NCBI GenBank assembly: GCA_001770205.1
Contig: MEQL01000047.1
Span: 62,001 to 126,000 of the forward strand
From: Bdellovibrionales bacterium RIFOXYD12_FULL_39_22
GTDB lineage: Bacteria > Bdellovibrionota > Bacteriovoracia > Bacteriovoracales > Bacteriovoracaceae
Length of the DNA: 64,000 nucleotides
Direction of reading: 5' to 3'
Shown: piece after piece, positions 1 to 10,258 of the stretch
Position numbering within the stretch: position 1 is the first letter of the stretch
Layout of the letters: each line of letters begins with the position of its first letter
Notes under the pieces: model-generated
What the model was told of the DNA's origin: nothing
Database searches by the model: none
Seen by the model: only the letters and a program-made list of their open reading frames with translations
Translations under genes and position numbers: made by a program

Positions 1-59
1 CAAATTTTAGTGCACTTGGCCACCTTCTTATCTAATACAGCTAAGACATTTTTACTCCA

Positions 60-88
60 TTGACGGCAAATAAAAAGCTCCATACAAT
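60..88 (+). promoter_or_regulatory. Putative sigma70 promoter for the 153..2873 gene
   Basis: TTGACG (60-65), 17 nt spacer, TACAAT (83-88). Confidence 0.6.
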
Positions 89-152
89 TCTACGACTACA
101 AATAAAAAACTTACTTTTACCTAAGGCCAACAAACAGTAATAGGGGTTCATT

Positions 153-2873
153 ATGCAAACTTTCGTACGTCCACTTAATGTTATTGTCGCTGTAATAGTT
201 GTCTTTGTTTTATCACTATTAATTCCTGCTTGCGGACAAAATCCTCCTGACAAAACGAAAGTAACCTTTAACCTACAAAATCTTCTTGGTAATAGAACAC
301 GCGGTGGAACCATTGCACAAAATGGTGGAGTGATGATTGTCGGATACTCTATAGAAAAAGCACAAACTTTTTCTCTCGCTTTAACAAATGATACTGAAGA
401 ATCCTCCGCTGTTTTAGATAATGGGAGTTGGATCTTTGCCGCAATGGGATGGGCGGATGGCAACATTGATAACAGAATGAACGGAGTGGCCCGCTGCTCG
501 ACAGAAGTTCCTATGATGCTGACCGGAGCTAATACCATTGTCTCTTTAACAATTAATACTACCAATTGTAAAAGTAGTCGTTTCGGAGGCACAGAGTTTA
601 TCGATAGCACTACTGGATCATTTAAGCCATTGAAGGTGGTTGCTTGTGCGGCCAATGGTGTAACGGAGACCGTGACGGCCTGGGGCGAATGTTCCGCATT
701 GAGTGAGGATTATCTTTCTTTCAAAGTCATGATGCCAACAATGGATCTTTTTTATGAAGGAGATATGGATCAATACGTAAATGAATGGCCTCCATTTATT
801 CATCGTGATTTCACCTCCCAGTGCTACAGCTTTGATGCTGCTAGTAAAATGGCCATTACCGATGTTCGCATTCCAATGGGTACCTCCATCGATACACTTA
901 ATTTTTATCCTATGATTCTTCCATTTAAAACCACTGACTGCGACGGAGGGGCCATCTTTGACGATAGGCCATATGAAATTCCCAGAGGACACTCTACCGC
1001 TGATTGGACTGATGAGTCTGAAAATATTTTTGTAAGAAGTGATGCTTCTTCACCGTACAGCGTGGCATTCATCATGGATAGAAATTATGGTGAGGAGCAA
1101 TCATGCACTTTAAATGATGTAACTGTCACATATGATTCTATAAATTCCCAATATATCCAGGGCAAACTCTTTTCTATGTGCCCATCTTTCGATAATGCTC
1201 TTGTTACCGGTGATGTTTTTATCTTTAATACGACCGCAGACAACTATTCCAAAATGTATATCGAGTCAGTTGGAAGCAGTTTGAAGTTAAAATATACCAC
1301 TTATAGCAAAACAACAGGGGCCATTGTAAATACCGGCACCAGTGGAACATCCATTTATTTAAATTATGGCTCTCAATTTGTTTACGATTTAGATACTCCA
1401 ACTTTTTCTGGCGGAAGCCTTGACTCTATTAATCACGATATATATCTAAGAACTTCTGGATCCGCCGTGTATTTTAACTCCAGAAACAACGTAACGCTGG
1501 CAAAAGTTAAGAATGAACCGATTGTTGCTTGTACGACAGTACTAAAAGATTATGATGCAATAACTGCGGCATATCTGCAATGTCGACTCAATAGCGGTAT
1601 TTACACTACATCCTCAGGATCAGATGGAATTTTTTATGGAGTTCCAGGAATAACTACTCAGGCCAACGATCTTTTCCTATTCAAAACAGTCGATGATAAT
1701 CTCGTAAAAATGAAAGTTGAGAGCGTAGCGGTAAAAAAAACATTGGAAGAAAAATCCGTTGGTTCAATTAATTTATTTTCCTACAAAGTGTTCAATCAAT
1801 CTTTGACAACAATTAAAGAAGGTTCCGGCACTCTCTCTGATTGTTTTAAATTTAGTACTGCTTCTTACTCGTCAACTTGCACAGTTGGTATCAATGATTG
1901 GGATATTGGCCCCGGAGCAGGCAATCTTAGAATTAATTCCTATATTGATTTTGAACATATTCCTAACCACATGACAATAATTGGCACAGATATTTCCACC
2001 AACGCAATGAAAGTGAAAGTAGATGGCAGTTATGCCTACGTGGCAGATGGAAGTGATGGCCTAAAAATATTTGATATTTCAAACAAAACGGCCCCCACCC
2101 TCGTCGGCGGACTTTCCATGTCGACTCCTGGAGTTGATTTGGCCATAACTGGTAATACTGCCTTTTTAACAAGAAATAACGGATCAGCATTTTTAGATAT
2201 CATCGATATTACCAGCAAAACATCTCCTTCTGCGTATTATGCTTGGTTTAGCTTAGGAGCAGGATCAACAAGTGGTGGCCTAGCGCAAATTGGAAGTAAC
2301 CTCTACATCCCCTCCAGCACCGCACTATATCGTGTCGACGTTAGTACTCCGACAAACCCAAGTGTTGATGGAACATTTACTTCTTCTGATACCATCTACG
2401 ACGTTACCACCTCTTCTGACAACGCATATGTTTTCACCGCCAGTGGATCTTACGGAATGGATTCTCGTACTGCCTCGTTAACCTCTGGAACATCGCTAGG
2501 ATACATCAGTAATGGAACCGAAGATGCACGATCAATAGTAAGAATTGCTTCTAGCGTTTATATCGGGACTTCTAATTACTTAACAAAAATTGACGTATCG
2601 ACAGCAGCTTCTCCGACCTGGAATACGCAAGAAACAAGCGAAGGACTCTCTAATCCCATAGCTGATCTTGCTACAGATGGAACATATATTTTTGCTGCAT
2701 CTGGATCTAATATGACTGTCTTTAGGAATGACTCCGCAATTACTAAAATCGGGGCCGTTACATGTAACCCATGGGGTACAATCTACGGCGTCGCAGTATC
2801 TGGGGATTACGCCTATATGGCCTGTGGAGCTACTGGTGGCCTGCAAATAGTCGACATAAGCAGCCTCCCCTAA
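153..2873 (+). CDS. Large lipoprotein with C-terminal LVIVD-repeat beta-propeller
   Basis: Hydrophobic N-terminus ending IPAC (lipobox-like); repeats such as VKVDGSYAYVADGSDGLKIFDIS and VAVSGDYAYMACGATGGLQIVDIS. Confidence 0.75.
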   Translation: MQTFVRPLNVIVAVIVVFVLSLLIPACGQNPPDKTKVTFNLQNLLGNRTRGGTIAQNGGVMIVGYSIEKAQTFSLALTNDTEESSAVLDNGSWIFAAMGWADGNIDNRMNGVARCSTEVPMMLTGANTIVSLTINTTNCKSSRFGGTEFIDSTTGSFKPLKVVACAANGVTETVTAWGECSALSEDYLSFKVMMPTMDLFYEGDMDQYVNEWPPFIHRDFTSQCYSFDAASKMAITDVRIPMGTSIDTLNFYPMILPFKTTDCDGGAIFDDRPYEIPRGHSTADWTDESENIFVRSDASSPYSVAFIMDRNYGEEQSCTLNDVTVTYDSINSQYIQGKLFSMCPSFDNALVTGDVFIFNTTADNYSKMYIESVGSSLKLKYTTYSKTTGAIVNTGTSGTSIYLNYGSQFVYDLDTPTFSGGSLDSINHDIYLRTSGSAVYFNSRNNVTLAKVKNEPIVACTTVLKDYDAITAAYLQCRLNSGIYTTSSGSDGIFYGVPGITTQANDLFLFKTVDDNLVKMKVESVAVKKTLEEKSVGSINLFSYKVFNQSLTTIKEGSGTLSDCFKFSTASYSSTCTVGINDWDIGPGAGNLRINSYIDFEHIPNHMTIIGTDISTNAMKVKVDGSYAYVADGSDGLKIFDISNKTAPTLVGGLSMSTPGVDLAITGNTAFLTRNNGSAFLDIIDITSKTSPSAYYAWFSLGAGSTSGGLAQIGSNLYIPSSTALYRVDVSTPTNPSVDGTFTSSDTIYDVTTSSDNAYVFTASGSYGMDSRTASLTSGTSLGYISNGTEDARSIVRIASSVYIGTSNYLTKIDVSTAASPTWNTQETSEGLSNPIADLATDGTYIFAASGSNMTVFRNDSAITKIGAVTCNPWGTIYGVAVSGDYAYMACGATGGLQIVDISSLP

Positions 2874-2966
2874 TAAAACAACAACGATTTTAACATATCA
2901 ACGGCCTCGTAAGGCCTGCAGCTGATCATCGCTGCCAAGCAACGAAAGCAAATGGAGTACATAACA

Positions 2967-3602
2967 ATGGCGTCAACACCTCAACAAACAGCAGAAATAA
3001 ATCTCACCACACTCCAACGTCTTCTTGTTCAGCAGAGACATGAGCTTGGTGAGTGGATTGGATTTGAGACTCGCAACAAATATGAAATCCTCGATGAACA
3101 AAAACGGCCCATCGGGTTTGCGGCCGAGCAGCAAAAAGGATTTTGGGGATTCATTATGCGCTCCTTCTTGGGGCATTGGCGAACATTTGATATTTATATC
3201 TTCAACATCAACCGTGAATTGTCAGCAACCGCCCATCACCCATTCCGCTGGTATTTTGAGCGCATTGAAGTTCGTGATGCCGCGGGTAAATCTCTTGGGG
3301 CAATTCAAAAAAAATTTTCTATACTTTCAAAAAAATTTGATGTGGAAAATAGCACCGGCGCAACCATCATGGAGGTTTCCTCTCCCATCTGGCGCATTTG
3401 GTCTTTCCCTTTCATGCGCAATGGCAAAAAACTAGCCGAAATTAATAAAAAGTGGTCAGGTTTTTTATCGGAAGCACTAACCGATCGAGATAATTTTATC
3501 GTGGAGTTTTCCGATACTTCCATGAACAATCAAGTGCGTACCCTAATTGTTGCAGCGGCAATTTTTGTCGATCTTTCATATTTTGAAAGAAAAAAATCAT
3601 AG
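2967..3602 (+). CDS. Phospholipid scramblase-like / LURP-one (Tubby C-terminal-like) protein
   Basis: FETRNKYEILD, INKKWSGFLSEALTDRDNF and AAAIFVDLSYFE motifs; GGAG 9 nt before ATG 2967 (alternative start 2952). Confidence 0.75.
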   Translation: MASTPQQTAEINLTTLQRLLVQQRHELGEWIGFETRNKYEILDEQKRPIGFAAEQQKGFWGFIMRSFLGHWRTFDIYIFNINRELSATAHHPFRWYFERIEVRDAAGKSLGAIQKKFSILSKKFDVENSTGATIMEVSSPIWRIWSFPFMRNGKKLAEINKKWSGFLSEALTDRDNFIVEFSDTSMNNQVRTLIVAAAIFVDLSYFERKKS

Positions 3603-3635
3603 GTACAAACACACTATCATTCGGCGATAATCCTA

Positions 3636-5225
3636 CTACTCGGCCTTGCGGATAACGTGGTTTAATCTATCTGCGATAAACATCAAATCACTATCCACCA
3701 CCACTCCTGTCGCCTGAGATATTCCATTGGCCGAAGTAATTATGCTAGAAACCATCGTCGTTGATATAACAATTTTGCGAATAGCACTATTGGTTGCATC
3801 CGCAACATATAAATTATCCCCATCCGTGGCAATCTGCACAGGCATAGCAAAACGTGCCACGGTGCCAACACCATTCGTTGATCCCGAAACTCCAGTACCA
3901 GCAAAAGTCGACACTGTCGCCGAAGAGATCTCTATTTTTCTAATCTTATAATTACTAGTATCAGAAACATACAAGAAATTACCCATTACCAATAAATCCT
4001 TCGGGCTTCTAAATCTTGCCACAGAACCAATCCCATCGGTTGCCCCAGAGGTTCCGGCCAAACCGGCCAGAGTTGTAACCTCTCTTGTGGCAATGACAAT
4101 TTTGCGAATGGTATGATTTCCGTAATCTGCTACATACACGTTTATTCCGTCAGTAGTAACCCCATATGGATTTTTAAATCTGGCCGCAGAACCAATTCCA
4201 TCTGTTGACCCCAAAGTTCCTGCCAAACCGGCCAGAGTTGTAACAATACCAGTGGTAATTTCAATTTGGCGAATTGTATGATTGCCATAATCGGCAACAT
4301 AGACGTAATCACCATCAGTGGCCACTCCCGTCGGATATTTAAGGCCGGCGGTCGCTCCAGTCCCATCTACTCCACTATAAAGGCCTCCGGCCAAAAGAGT
4401 AACTTCTCCTGTAGAGATTTCGATTTGACGAATCCTATGATTTTGCCAATCCGCAACATATAAGCGGGCCCCGTCACTGGCGATTGACGAAGGAAGATTA
4501 AAGCGTGCTGCCGCACCAATCCCATCCACTGTTCCAGTCACCCCTGCGGCACCCGCAAATAACGACACTGCGGTATACTGGGCCAAGGTGGTGGCCGAAA
4601 CAATCGGAAAAATAACACGATTACCCGCTTCATCTTTGGCCACTACCGCAAAATAGTATGTGGTTAGTGGGTCCAGATTATAAACTCCCACCAAATAGTT
4701 ATCGTTAATGTGATAATCTGCAATAAGGTCTAGGCCAGAAATTGCCTCTATTTCATCTAGGGTATCGATGGCCGCAGAAGATGAACCTTTAACTATTTTG
4801 TAAGTCAGTAGTGACATATCAGTTGTCTCATCAACTGCAGAGTCCCAATACAGCGTTAGCGAAGTAGATTGAACAGAAAGATTGGCATAAGCAGCACCGG
4901 CAACTGGTGCGGTAGTATCCGCAACCGGAGTTGGCGTAGCTGTTGGTTCCGGAGTTGGCGTAGCTGTTGGTTCCGGAGTTGGTGTAGCTGTTGGTTCCGG
5001 AGTTGGTGTAGCTGTTGGTTCCGGAGTTGGTGTAGCTGTTGGTTCCGGAGTTGGTGTAGCTTCTGGAACAATCGTCACTTCCAATTCAGGAGTCATCTCC
5101 GGAATTGGGGTTGGATCCACTATAATGATTTCTTCTTCATGGCCGGGCCGCTCAACTGTCGTGACCTCTGTGACACAACTTACAAACAGAAGGGTTGCCA
5201 AAGCACTAATTAAAAATATCTGCAT
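3636..5225 (-). CDS. Lipoprotein with Pro/Thr linker, FN3 domain and NHL-repeat propeller
   Basis: GGAGGA before ATG 5225; lipobox-like FVSC; PEPTATPT repeats; FN3-like LDPLTTYYFAVVAKD; several DGxGxAARFxxPxxxxxDGxxxYVAD repeats. Confidence 0.8.
   Translation of the reverse strand: MQIFLISALATLLFVSCVTEVTTVERPGHEEEIIIVDPTPIPEMTPELEVTIVPEATPTPEPTATPTPEPTATPTPEPTATPTPEPTATPTPEPTATPTPVADTTAPVAGAAYANLSVQSTSLTLYWDSAVDETTDMSLLTYKIVKGSSSAAIDTLDEIEAISGLDLIADYHINDNYLVGVYNLDPLTTYYFAVVAKDEAGNRVIFPIVSATTLAQYTAVSLFAGAAGVTGTVDGIGAAARFNLPSSIASDGARLYVADWQNHRIRQIEISTGEVTLLAGGLYSGVDGTGATAGLKYPTGVATDGDYVYVADYGNHTIRQIEITTGIVTTLAGLAGTLGSTDGIGSAARFKNPYGVTTDGINVYVADYGNHTIRKIVIATREVTTLAGLAGTSGATDGIGSVARFRSPKDLLVMGNFLYVSDTSNYKIRKIEISSATVSTFAGTGVSGSTNGVGTVARFAMPVQIATDGDNLYVADATNSAIRKIVISTTMVSSIITSANGISQATGVVVDSDLMFIADRLNHVIRKAE
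4925..5061. repeat. 24-bp coding tandem repeat, about 5.7 copies (PEPTATPT)
   Basis: Unit CCGGAGTTGGYGTAGCTGTTGGTT starting at 4925, 4949, 4973, 4997, 5021 and partially at 5045. Confidence 0.95.
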
Positions 5226-5366
5226 ACGTTCCTCCGAACTTTTAATTAGAGTGTTGATTCTCTCCATTTATTATCAAGCAAAAAGATAAAAAACTGAATT
5301 GTTATTATTTTCATCAACAAATCAATGGGTTATCGGAAGAATAAAAAAATAAAACGCCAATGATTT

Positions 5367-6146
5367 TTGCCAAAATGCCAATATTCTGAGGCAGCAACTA
5401 CGCAACTCCTAACCGCTACCACTAAAACAACAACTTTAACTGACGACGATATTGCCACTGTGGCGGCCTCGGCCATTGGGATGGCCCAAGGAGCGAGCAA
5501 TACCGCCACCTCCTTTGAAGACACTCCTCCTTCTCTGGCCGCTTCGCGACGCTCCCCTCCCTCTTCCCCAACGATCAGAACACCCGAGGCCGGCGGAACC
5601 TTCTCATGGGATGCTGTAACCAGTCTTTGGAATTTAACCTACTCTGCAAGCTCTCCAGAGGCCGGAATCTCCATTGACTACGATTACAATATCGGACTTC
5701 TCGTTAATGATGTCTTGACTCAGACTCCTGCCGAAGGTGCACTAGAAGGTGTCTCGATGCAAGGAACTATTAATTTTGACTATGATAGCGTGAGTACAAC
5801 CGATGCCTTCACCATGGCCATTAGTTTTGGAGAAGTTGGTTCACCAATTATTTGGACTGGCATCAACACCAATACTTTAACCATGAATGGAACTATCAGT
5901 TTAACTGCTTCGATAGTATCTACCGAAGGGAGTGGTGAAATTTCCGCAGAATTTAATTTTGAAGATATTGTGACGGATAGAAGTGGTTTAGCGCAATATC
6001 CAAGCGGAACAATGACTATCGCCATCACGGCCAATAACAACGTGTTCAACGGAACAGTTACCTATAACGGTACTTCCACCGCCACTTTAGTTTTTAACGG
6101 CAATAGCTATAGCGTCGATTTAGATTCTGGCGTTGCAAGAAAATAG
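5367..6146 (+). CDS. Ser/Thr/Gly-rich beta-strand hypothetical protein, possibly 5'-truncated
   Basis: 259-aa ORF with extracellular-type composition but no signal peptide and no clear RBS; in-frame TGA at 5361. Confidence 0.55.
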   Translation: MPKCQYSEAATTQLLTATTKTTTLTDDDIATVAASAIGMAQGASNTATSFEDTPPSLAASRRSPPSSPTIRTPEAGGTFSWDAVTSLWNLTYSASSPEAGISIDYDYNIGLLVNDVLTQTPAEGALEGVSMQGTINFDYDSVSTTDAFTMAISFGEVGSPIIWTGINTNTLTMNGTISLTASIVSTEGSGEISAEFNFEDIVTDRSGLAQYPSGTMTIAITANNNVFNGTVTYNGTSTATLVFNGNSYSVDLDSGVARK

Positions 6147-6159
6147 AATCACCTCTCAT

Positions 6160-7362
6160 TCATAGGCCAGATCTTAAAACCTCTACCGACTGACGAGCGA
6201 TTTCTAACTCCTCGTTGGTCGGTGCTACCATTACTTTAATTTTTGATTCTTTCTTACTTATCTCTAAAATAGATGAAGTGCGCCGTTCATTCTGGGCATT
6301 GTCAAATATAATTCCTAAATTTTCCAGTCCCGCACAACTCATCTGGCGAATAACCGAAGAGTTCTCGCCTACTCCCGCAGTAAAAATTATCGCATCCACA
6401 AAACCTAAGGCCGCACAGTAAGCACCAATATATTTTTTTATTCTATATGAATACATCTCCAACGCAAGCTTGGCATCAGGATCATTTTTTTCAAAATAGC
6501 GCTCCTGAATTTCTCGCATGTCGTTACTACCACAAATACCTTTTAGTCCACTTTGTTTATTCAAAATAACATTAACCATATCAATGTTGCTTTTATCTCT
6601 TCCCACAATGTAATGAGGAATGGCCGGGTCTATATCTCCAGATCTCGTTCCCATAATCAGGCCTTCTAGGGGAGTCATCCCCATGGTGGTATCAATACTC
6701 ATCCCCCCCTTGATGGCGGCCATGCTGGAACCATTACCGGCATGAATGGTTATGGCATTAAACTTATCAAAGGGAATGGATAGAAATTTTGCCACCTCTT
6801 TAGCAACATAAAGATGGGAAGTTCCATGGAAACCATAACGGCGCACATGCAATCTAGTATAATAATCTTTGGGAATAGCATAACGATAAGCATAATCTGG
6901 CATAGTTTGATGAAATGCCGTATCAAACACTGCAATGTGATGAGCATTCGGAAAAATTTCCTGCGCTACTTCAATGCCTGTAATATTGGCGGGATTATGC
7001 AAAGGAGCAATAGGCACCATCTCCTTAATCGCATCTAAAACGTCATGTGTGATCAATGAGCTGGAATGAAATTTTTCTCCACCATGCACGGTTCGATGGC
7101 CAACAGCAGTAATTTCACTTTTATCTTTAATGATTCCATCTTTGGGGTCAACCAGTAATTTGGCAATAAATTCTAATCCCACTTTATGGTTGGGAACTTT
7201 GTCATTTACAGTAAATTCTTTATCCCCATAACTGTATTTAGTTTTACCAACTTCTTCCCCAATTCTCTCCACTAGACCTTTCAGCAACACCTTTTCGGTA
7301 TCCATATCAAAGCACTGAAACTTAATCGAGGAGCTTCCGGTGTTAATAACTAGTACTTTCAT
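6160..7362 (-). CDS. ackA: Acetate kinase
   Basis: VINTGSSSIK, GHRTVHGGE, APLHNP, FDTAFHQT, RYGFHGTSH, FTAGVGENS, TNEEL. Confidence 0.97.
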   Translation of the reverse strand: MKVLVINTGSSSIKFQCFDMDTEKVLLKGLVERIGEEVGKTKYSYGDKEFTVNDKVPNHKVGLEFIAKLLVDPKDGIIKDKSEITAVGHRTVHGGEKFHSSSLITHDVLDAIKEMVPIAPLHNPANITGIEVAQEIFPNAHHIAVFDTAFHQTMPDYAYRYAIPKDYYTRLHVRRYGFHGTSHLYVAKEVAKFLSIPFDKFNAITIHAGNGSSMAAIKGGMSIDTTMGMTPLEGLIMGTRSGDIDPAIPHYIVGRDKSNIDMVNVILNKQSGLKGICGSNDMREIQERYFEKNDPDAKLALEMYSYRIKKYIGAYCAALGFVDAIIFTAGVGENSSVIRQMSCAGLENLGIIFDNAQNERRTSSILEISKKESKIKVMVAPTNEELEIARQSVEVLRSGL

Positions 7363-7376
7363 TCCTCTCTCCCCAT

Positions 7377-9020
7377 TTAAGAATTTTGCGCCTGAATGGC
7401 AGTAAGCAATGCAGTATTAACAACATCCATAACAAAACAGCCGCGACTCAAATCATTGACTGGTTTGGCCAGGCCCTGAAGCATTGGCCCAATGGCCTGT
7501 GCTTGTGCCTCGCGCTGCACGGCCTTGTAGGCATTATTCCCGGTGTTCAAATCAGGAAAAATAAAAACGGTTGCCTTGCCAGCAACTTTCGAATTAGGCA
7601 TTTTTTTACGGGCCGTTTCATAATCAACCGCCGCATCATATTGCAGCGGTCCTTCGACATCTAAATCTGGTCGGCGCTCTTTTACAATTTTAGTTGCGGC
7701 CTTAACCATCTCCACATCCGGCCCAATACCAGAATCACCTGAAGAGTACGAAAGCATGGCAACTCTCGGCGGAATATCAAATGCTTTAGCGGTGTCAGCG
7801 GAAGAAATTGCAATCTCCGCTAACTGCTCGGGTGTTGGGTTAGGATTAACGGCACAGTCACCATACAACACAACCCGATTATCCATACACATAAAAAAGA
7901 CGGAAGAGACAATTGAAAATCCCTTTCTAGTCTTTAAAATTTGCAACGCCGGCCGAATAGTATCCGCTGTTGAGTGTGATGCACCAGAAACTACGCCATC
8001 TGACTCTTTTTTATAAACCATCATTGTCGCAAAAAAAGTTGGATCTAAAATCTGTTTTTGCGCCTGCTCTAGCGTCATCCCCTTTTCTTTGCGTAACTCA
8101 TAAAGCGTCTGCGCATAATCAGAGAGCCTGGCATCACTATTGGGATCAATCAATTTAACTCCACTAAAATTTAATCCTAGACGCTTAACCGAATCTTGAA
8201 TTTTTTTATTATCTCCCAAAACCGTAACCTCTACCGCTCCTTGCTTAACTAAAACTTCCGCCGCTTTTAATATTCTATCATCCTCGCCTTCAGGAAGAGC
8301 AATACGCATTTTGCTTTTCTTGGCCATTTTTAAAAGATTATATTCAAACATTTTATAAGTCATGGCGGTGGTTTTGAAATTTTCAATCGTACTAATAATT
8401 TTATTCCCATCACTGTTGTCGTTGAACAACTTGATTAAGGCCTCTCGATTATCTACCGCCCGCCCATCTTCTGGAATCACCAGCAAAAATTGTTGCTCAT
8501 TTTTTTTCTCCTGGGACAAGCTATGAGCTAAAGAACTAGTAATTTTTTTATCAATGTGATTAAAGCAATGGCCCAAGATGGGAACGTTTTTCTTTCTGTA
8601 TATCGCTTCTGTTAACTTATAGGCGGCCAGCAAAAATTTTTCATTACGATCATGTCCATTCCCCACCATTATCACCGGGGCCCCTAAATTTTTTGCAATA
8701 TCTAAATTCAAATCTAACTCAAATACGGGCAATGGCCCCTCAAAAGAAGTTCCCTCACAAATAACAAATTGATGGCCCTCTTCTAACATCTTATATTTGG
8801 AAATTATTCTCTCCATTAATTCATCGTACTTTCCGCTACTGATAAGCTCGTAGGCCTCTTCCTTGGACATTACTGAATTGCAATAAGTTGGATCAGAAGA
8901 AATCGGACAATAAGAAGCTATTTTATTATATTTTTTTCGAAGTAATTCATAAAGGCCAAGTGAGATTAATGATTTTCCACTGCCCTCGCCATTTGTTGAA
9001 ATATATACTGAATTTGCCAT
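7377..9020 (-). CDS. pta: Phosphate acetyltransferase with shortened N-terminal region
   Basis: C-terminal PTA_PTB motifs LPEGEDDRIL, DCAVNPNP, GPLQYDAA, FPDLNTGN, VNDLSRG; N-terminal GSGKS; AGGAG before ATG 9020. Confidence 0.93.
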   Translation of the reverse strand: MANSVYISTNGEGSGKSLISLGLYELLRKKYNKIASYCPISSDPTYCNSVMSKEEAYELISSGKYDELMERIISKYKMLEEGHQFVICEGTSFEGPLPVFELDLNLDIAKNLGAPVIMVGNGHDRNEKFLLAAYKLTEAIYRKKNVPILGHCFNHIDKKITSSLAHSLSQEKKNEQQFLLVIPEDGRAVDNREALIKLFNDNSDGNKIISTIENFKTTAMTYKMFEYNLLKMAKKSKMRIALPEGEDDRILKAAEVLVKQGAVEVTVLGDNKKIQDSVKRLGLNFSGVKLIDPNSDARLSDYAQTLYELRKEKGMTLEQAQKQILDPTFFATMMVYKKESDGVVSGASHSTADTIRPALQILKTRKGFSIVSSVFFMCMDNRVVLYGDCAVNPNPTPEQLAEIAISSADTAKAFDIPPRVAMLSYSSGDSGIGPDVEMVKAATKIVKERRPDLDVEGPLQYDAAVDYETARKKMPNSKVAGKATVFIFPDLNTGNNAYKAVQREAQAQAIGPMLQGLAKPVNDLSRGCFVMDVVNTALLTAIQAQNS

Positions 9021-9168
9021 AACTAACTCCTTTTTGTCATTGGCCAACCAAAATATGCTTAAAATATCCGCTAATAATAGAGAATATTATATCCATAACA
9101 AAACGCAATTTACATATATAATTATTTTTCGCATAATCACGCCAGCTTAATAATATTAGACTTTTTTA

Positions 9169-9579
9169 ATGGGGTTTATTTTTATGGAATCAGGTATCCT
9201 TCAAAACGTTCTACTTTTTATTGCCATTTTCGTTGCCGTGCAAATGCTGAAAACATTTCTTTTGCCTAAATTGTTTGGCATTAAAAACATCTCAACAGCT
9301 GAACTAAAAAACAAAATGGCAAGCAAAGAAAATCTAGTAATCCTGGATGTAAGGACGGCAGATGAGTACCGAAGTGGACATATTCCAGGCGCAGTCCTAG
9401 TGCCATTAGGCGATCTTTCCACTCAAGTACCAAAAATTAAGAAAGATTATGCGGACAAAAATATCTGCGTTATTTGCCACAGTGGAGCTCGCTCGCTCTC
9501 TGCCTCTATCATGTTAAAAAAATCGGGACTTAAAAATATAATGAATGTAAGAGGCGGAATGGCCAGCTGGCCAGGCTAA
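9169..9579 (+). CDS. Membrane-anchored rhodanese-like protein
   Basis: N-terminal TM; ILDVRTADEYRSGHIPGA, active-site CHSGARS, GGMASW (alternative start 9184). Confidence 0.88.
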   Translation: MGFIFMESGILQNVLLFIAIFVAVQMLKTFLLPKLFGIKNISTAELKNKMASKENLVILDVRTADEYRSGHIPGAVLVPLGDLSTQVPKIKKDYADKNICVICHSGARSLSASIMLKKSGLKNIMNVRGGMASWPG

Positions 9580-10112
9580 TCCAAATCAATCATCGCTGAT
9601 AATTTGCAAGCAATTTCGCTCTTGCGCTTCTGACAGAAAAATTCTTTGAATAAAATATTTTCCGGTGTAATTATTTCATCTAAATCATCACGCAATCGCA
9701 TCTCGGTGTCTAACAGCATAACTTCTTTTAATTTTGACCTATATAGATCCAGGGTGGCATTGTTAGCATCACGCATAATCATGCTTTTCTGCTTGGGATT
9801 TCTAGTGAACGCAAACTCTCTAACAATAATTGAAGTTACATTATCTATTAACTGCGGAACCAGAAATACAATGTTTTTCCCCTTAAATGTTAACTTACTC
9901 AGGGCCGAACTTTTATTCGAAAAATAGTTACGTTTAGTTTTATTACTGTTTCTTATTATCAGAGATCTGCTCTCCTTGTATTGCTGATGAATACCCCAAG
10001 TTGTGCCAGCTTTTTTATAGTTGGCCAAAATAGTAATCTCGGCCTCCCTACCAAAACCGAAAAGAGGGAAGAGACTAAACAGGAAAAATATGAACATAAT
10101 AATCTTTTTCAC
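9576..10112 (-). CDS. Hypothetical secreted protein
   Basis: GTG start gives signal-peptide-like MKKIIMFIFFLFSLFPLFG; no recognised domain. Confidence 0.55.
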   Translation of the reverse strand: MKKIIMFIFFLFSLFPLFGFGREAEITILANYKKAGTTWGIHQQYKESRSLIIRNSNKTKRNYFSNKSSALSKLTFKGKNIVFLVPQLIDNVTSIIVREFAFTRNPKQKSMIMRDANNATLDLYRSKLKEVMLLDTEMRLRDDLDEIITPENILFKEFFCQKRKSEIACKLSAMIDLD

Positions 10113-10258
10113 AGTAGTGCTAATAGCACAAACCATTCCAATGGCCATCTGGTAAACATCTGTAATCTACCTGACCATTTTGAATCTTAAAGTCTATAAA
10201 ATAGACGGCCGTCAAGAAAGTTGACAGTTATCTCTCTGGGTATAAAATGGCCTTACTG

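Noticed and set aside
41..655. 204-aa minus-strand ORF and the many other short antisense ORFs in the track
   Set aside because: They lie opposite well-supported genes and show no motifs or RBS
4925..5061. Possible CRISPR array
   Set aside because: Head-to-tail repeats with no spacers, in frame within a CDS, and no cas genes
4856..5213. Repetitive ORFs (QLRNQQLH)n and (RSWCSCWF)n
   Set aside because: Alternative-frame shadows of the 24-bp PEPTATPT repeat
5361..5363. In-frame TGA as selenocysteine or recoding
   Set aside because: No redox motif context and no evident SECIS hairpin; other genes in the window use TGA as a normal stop
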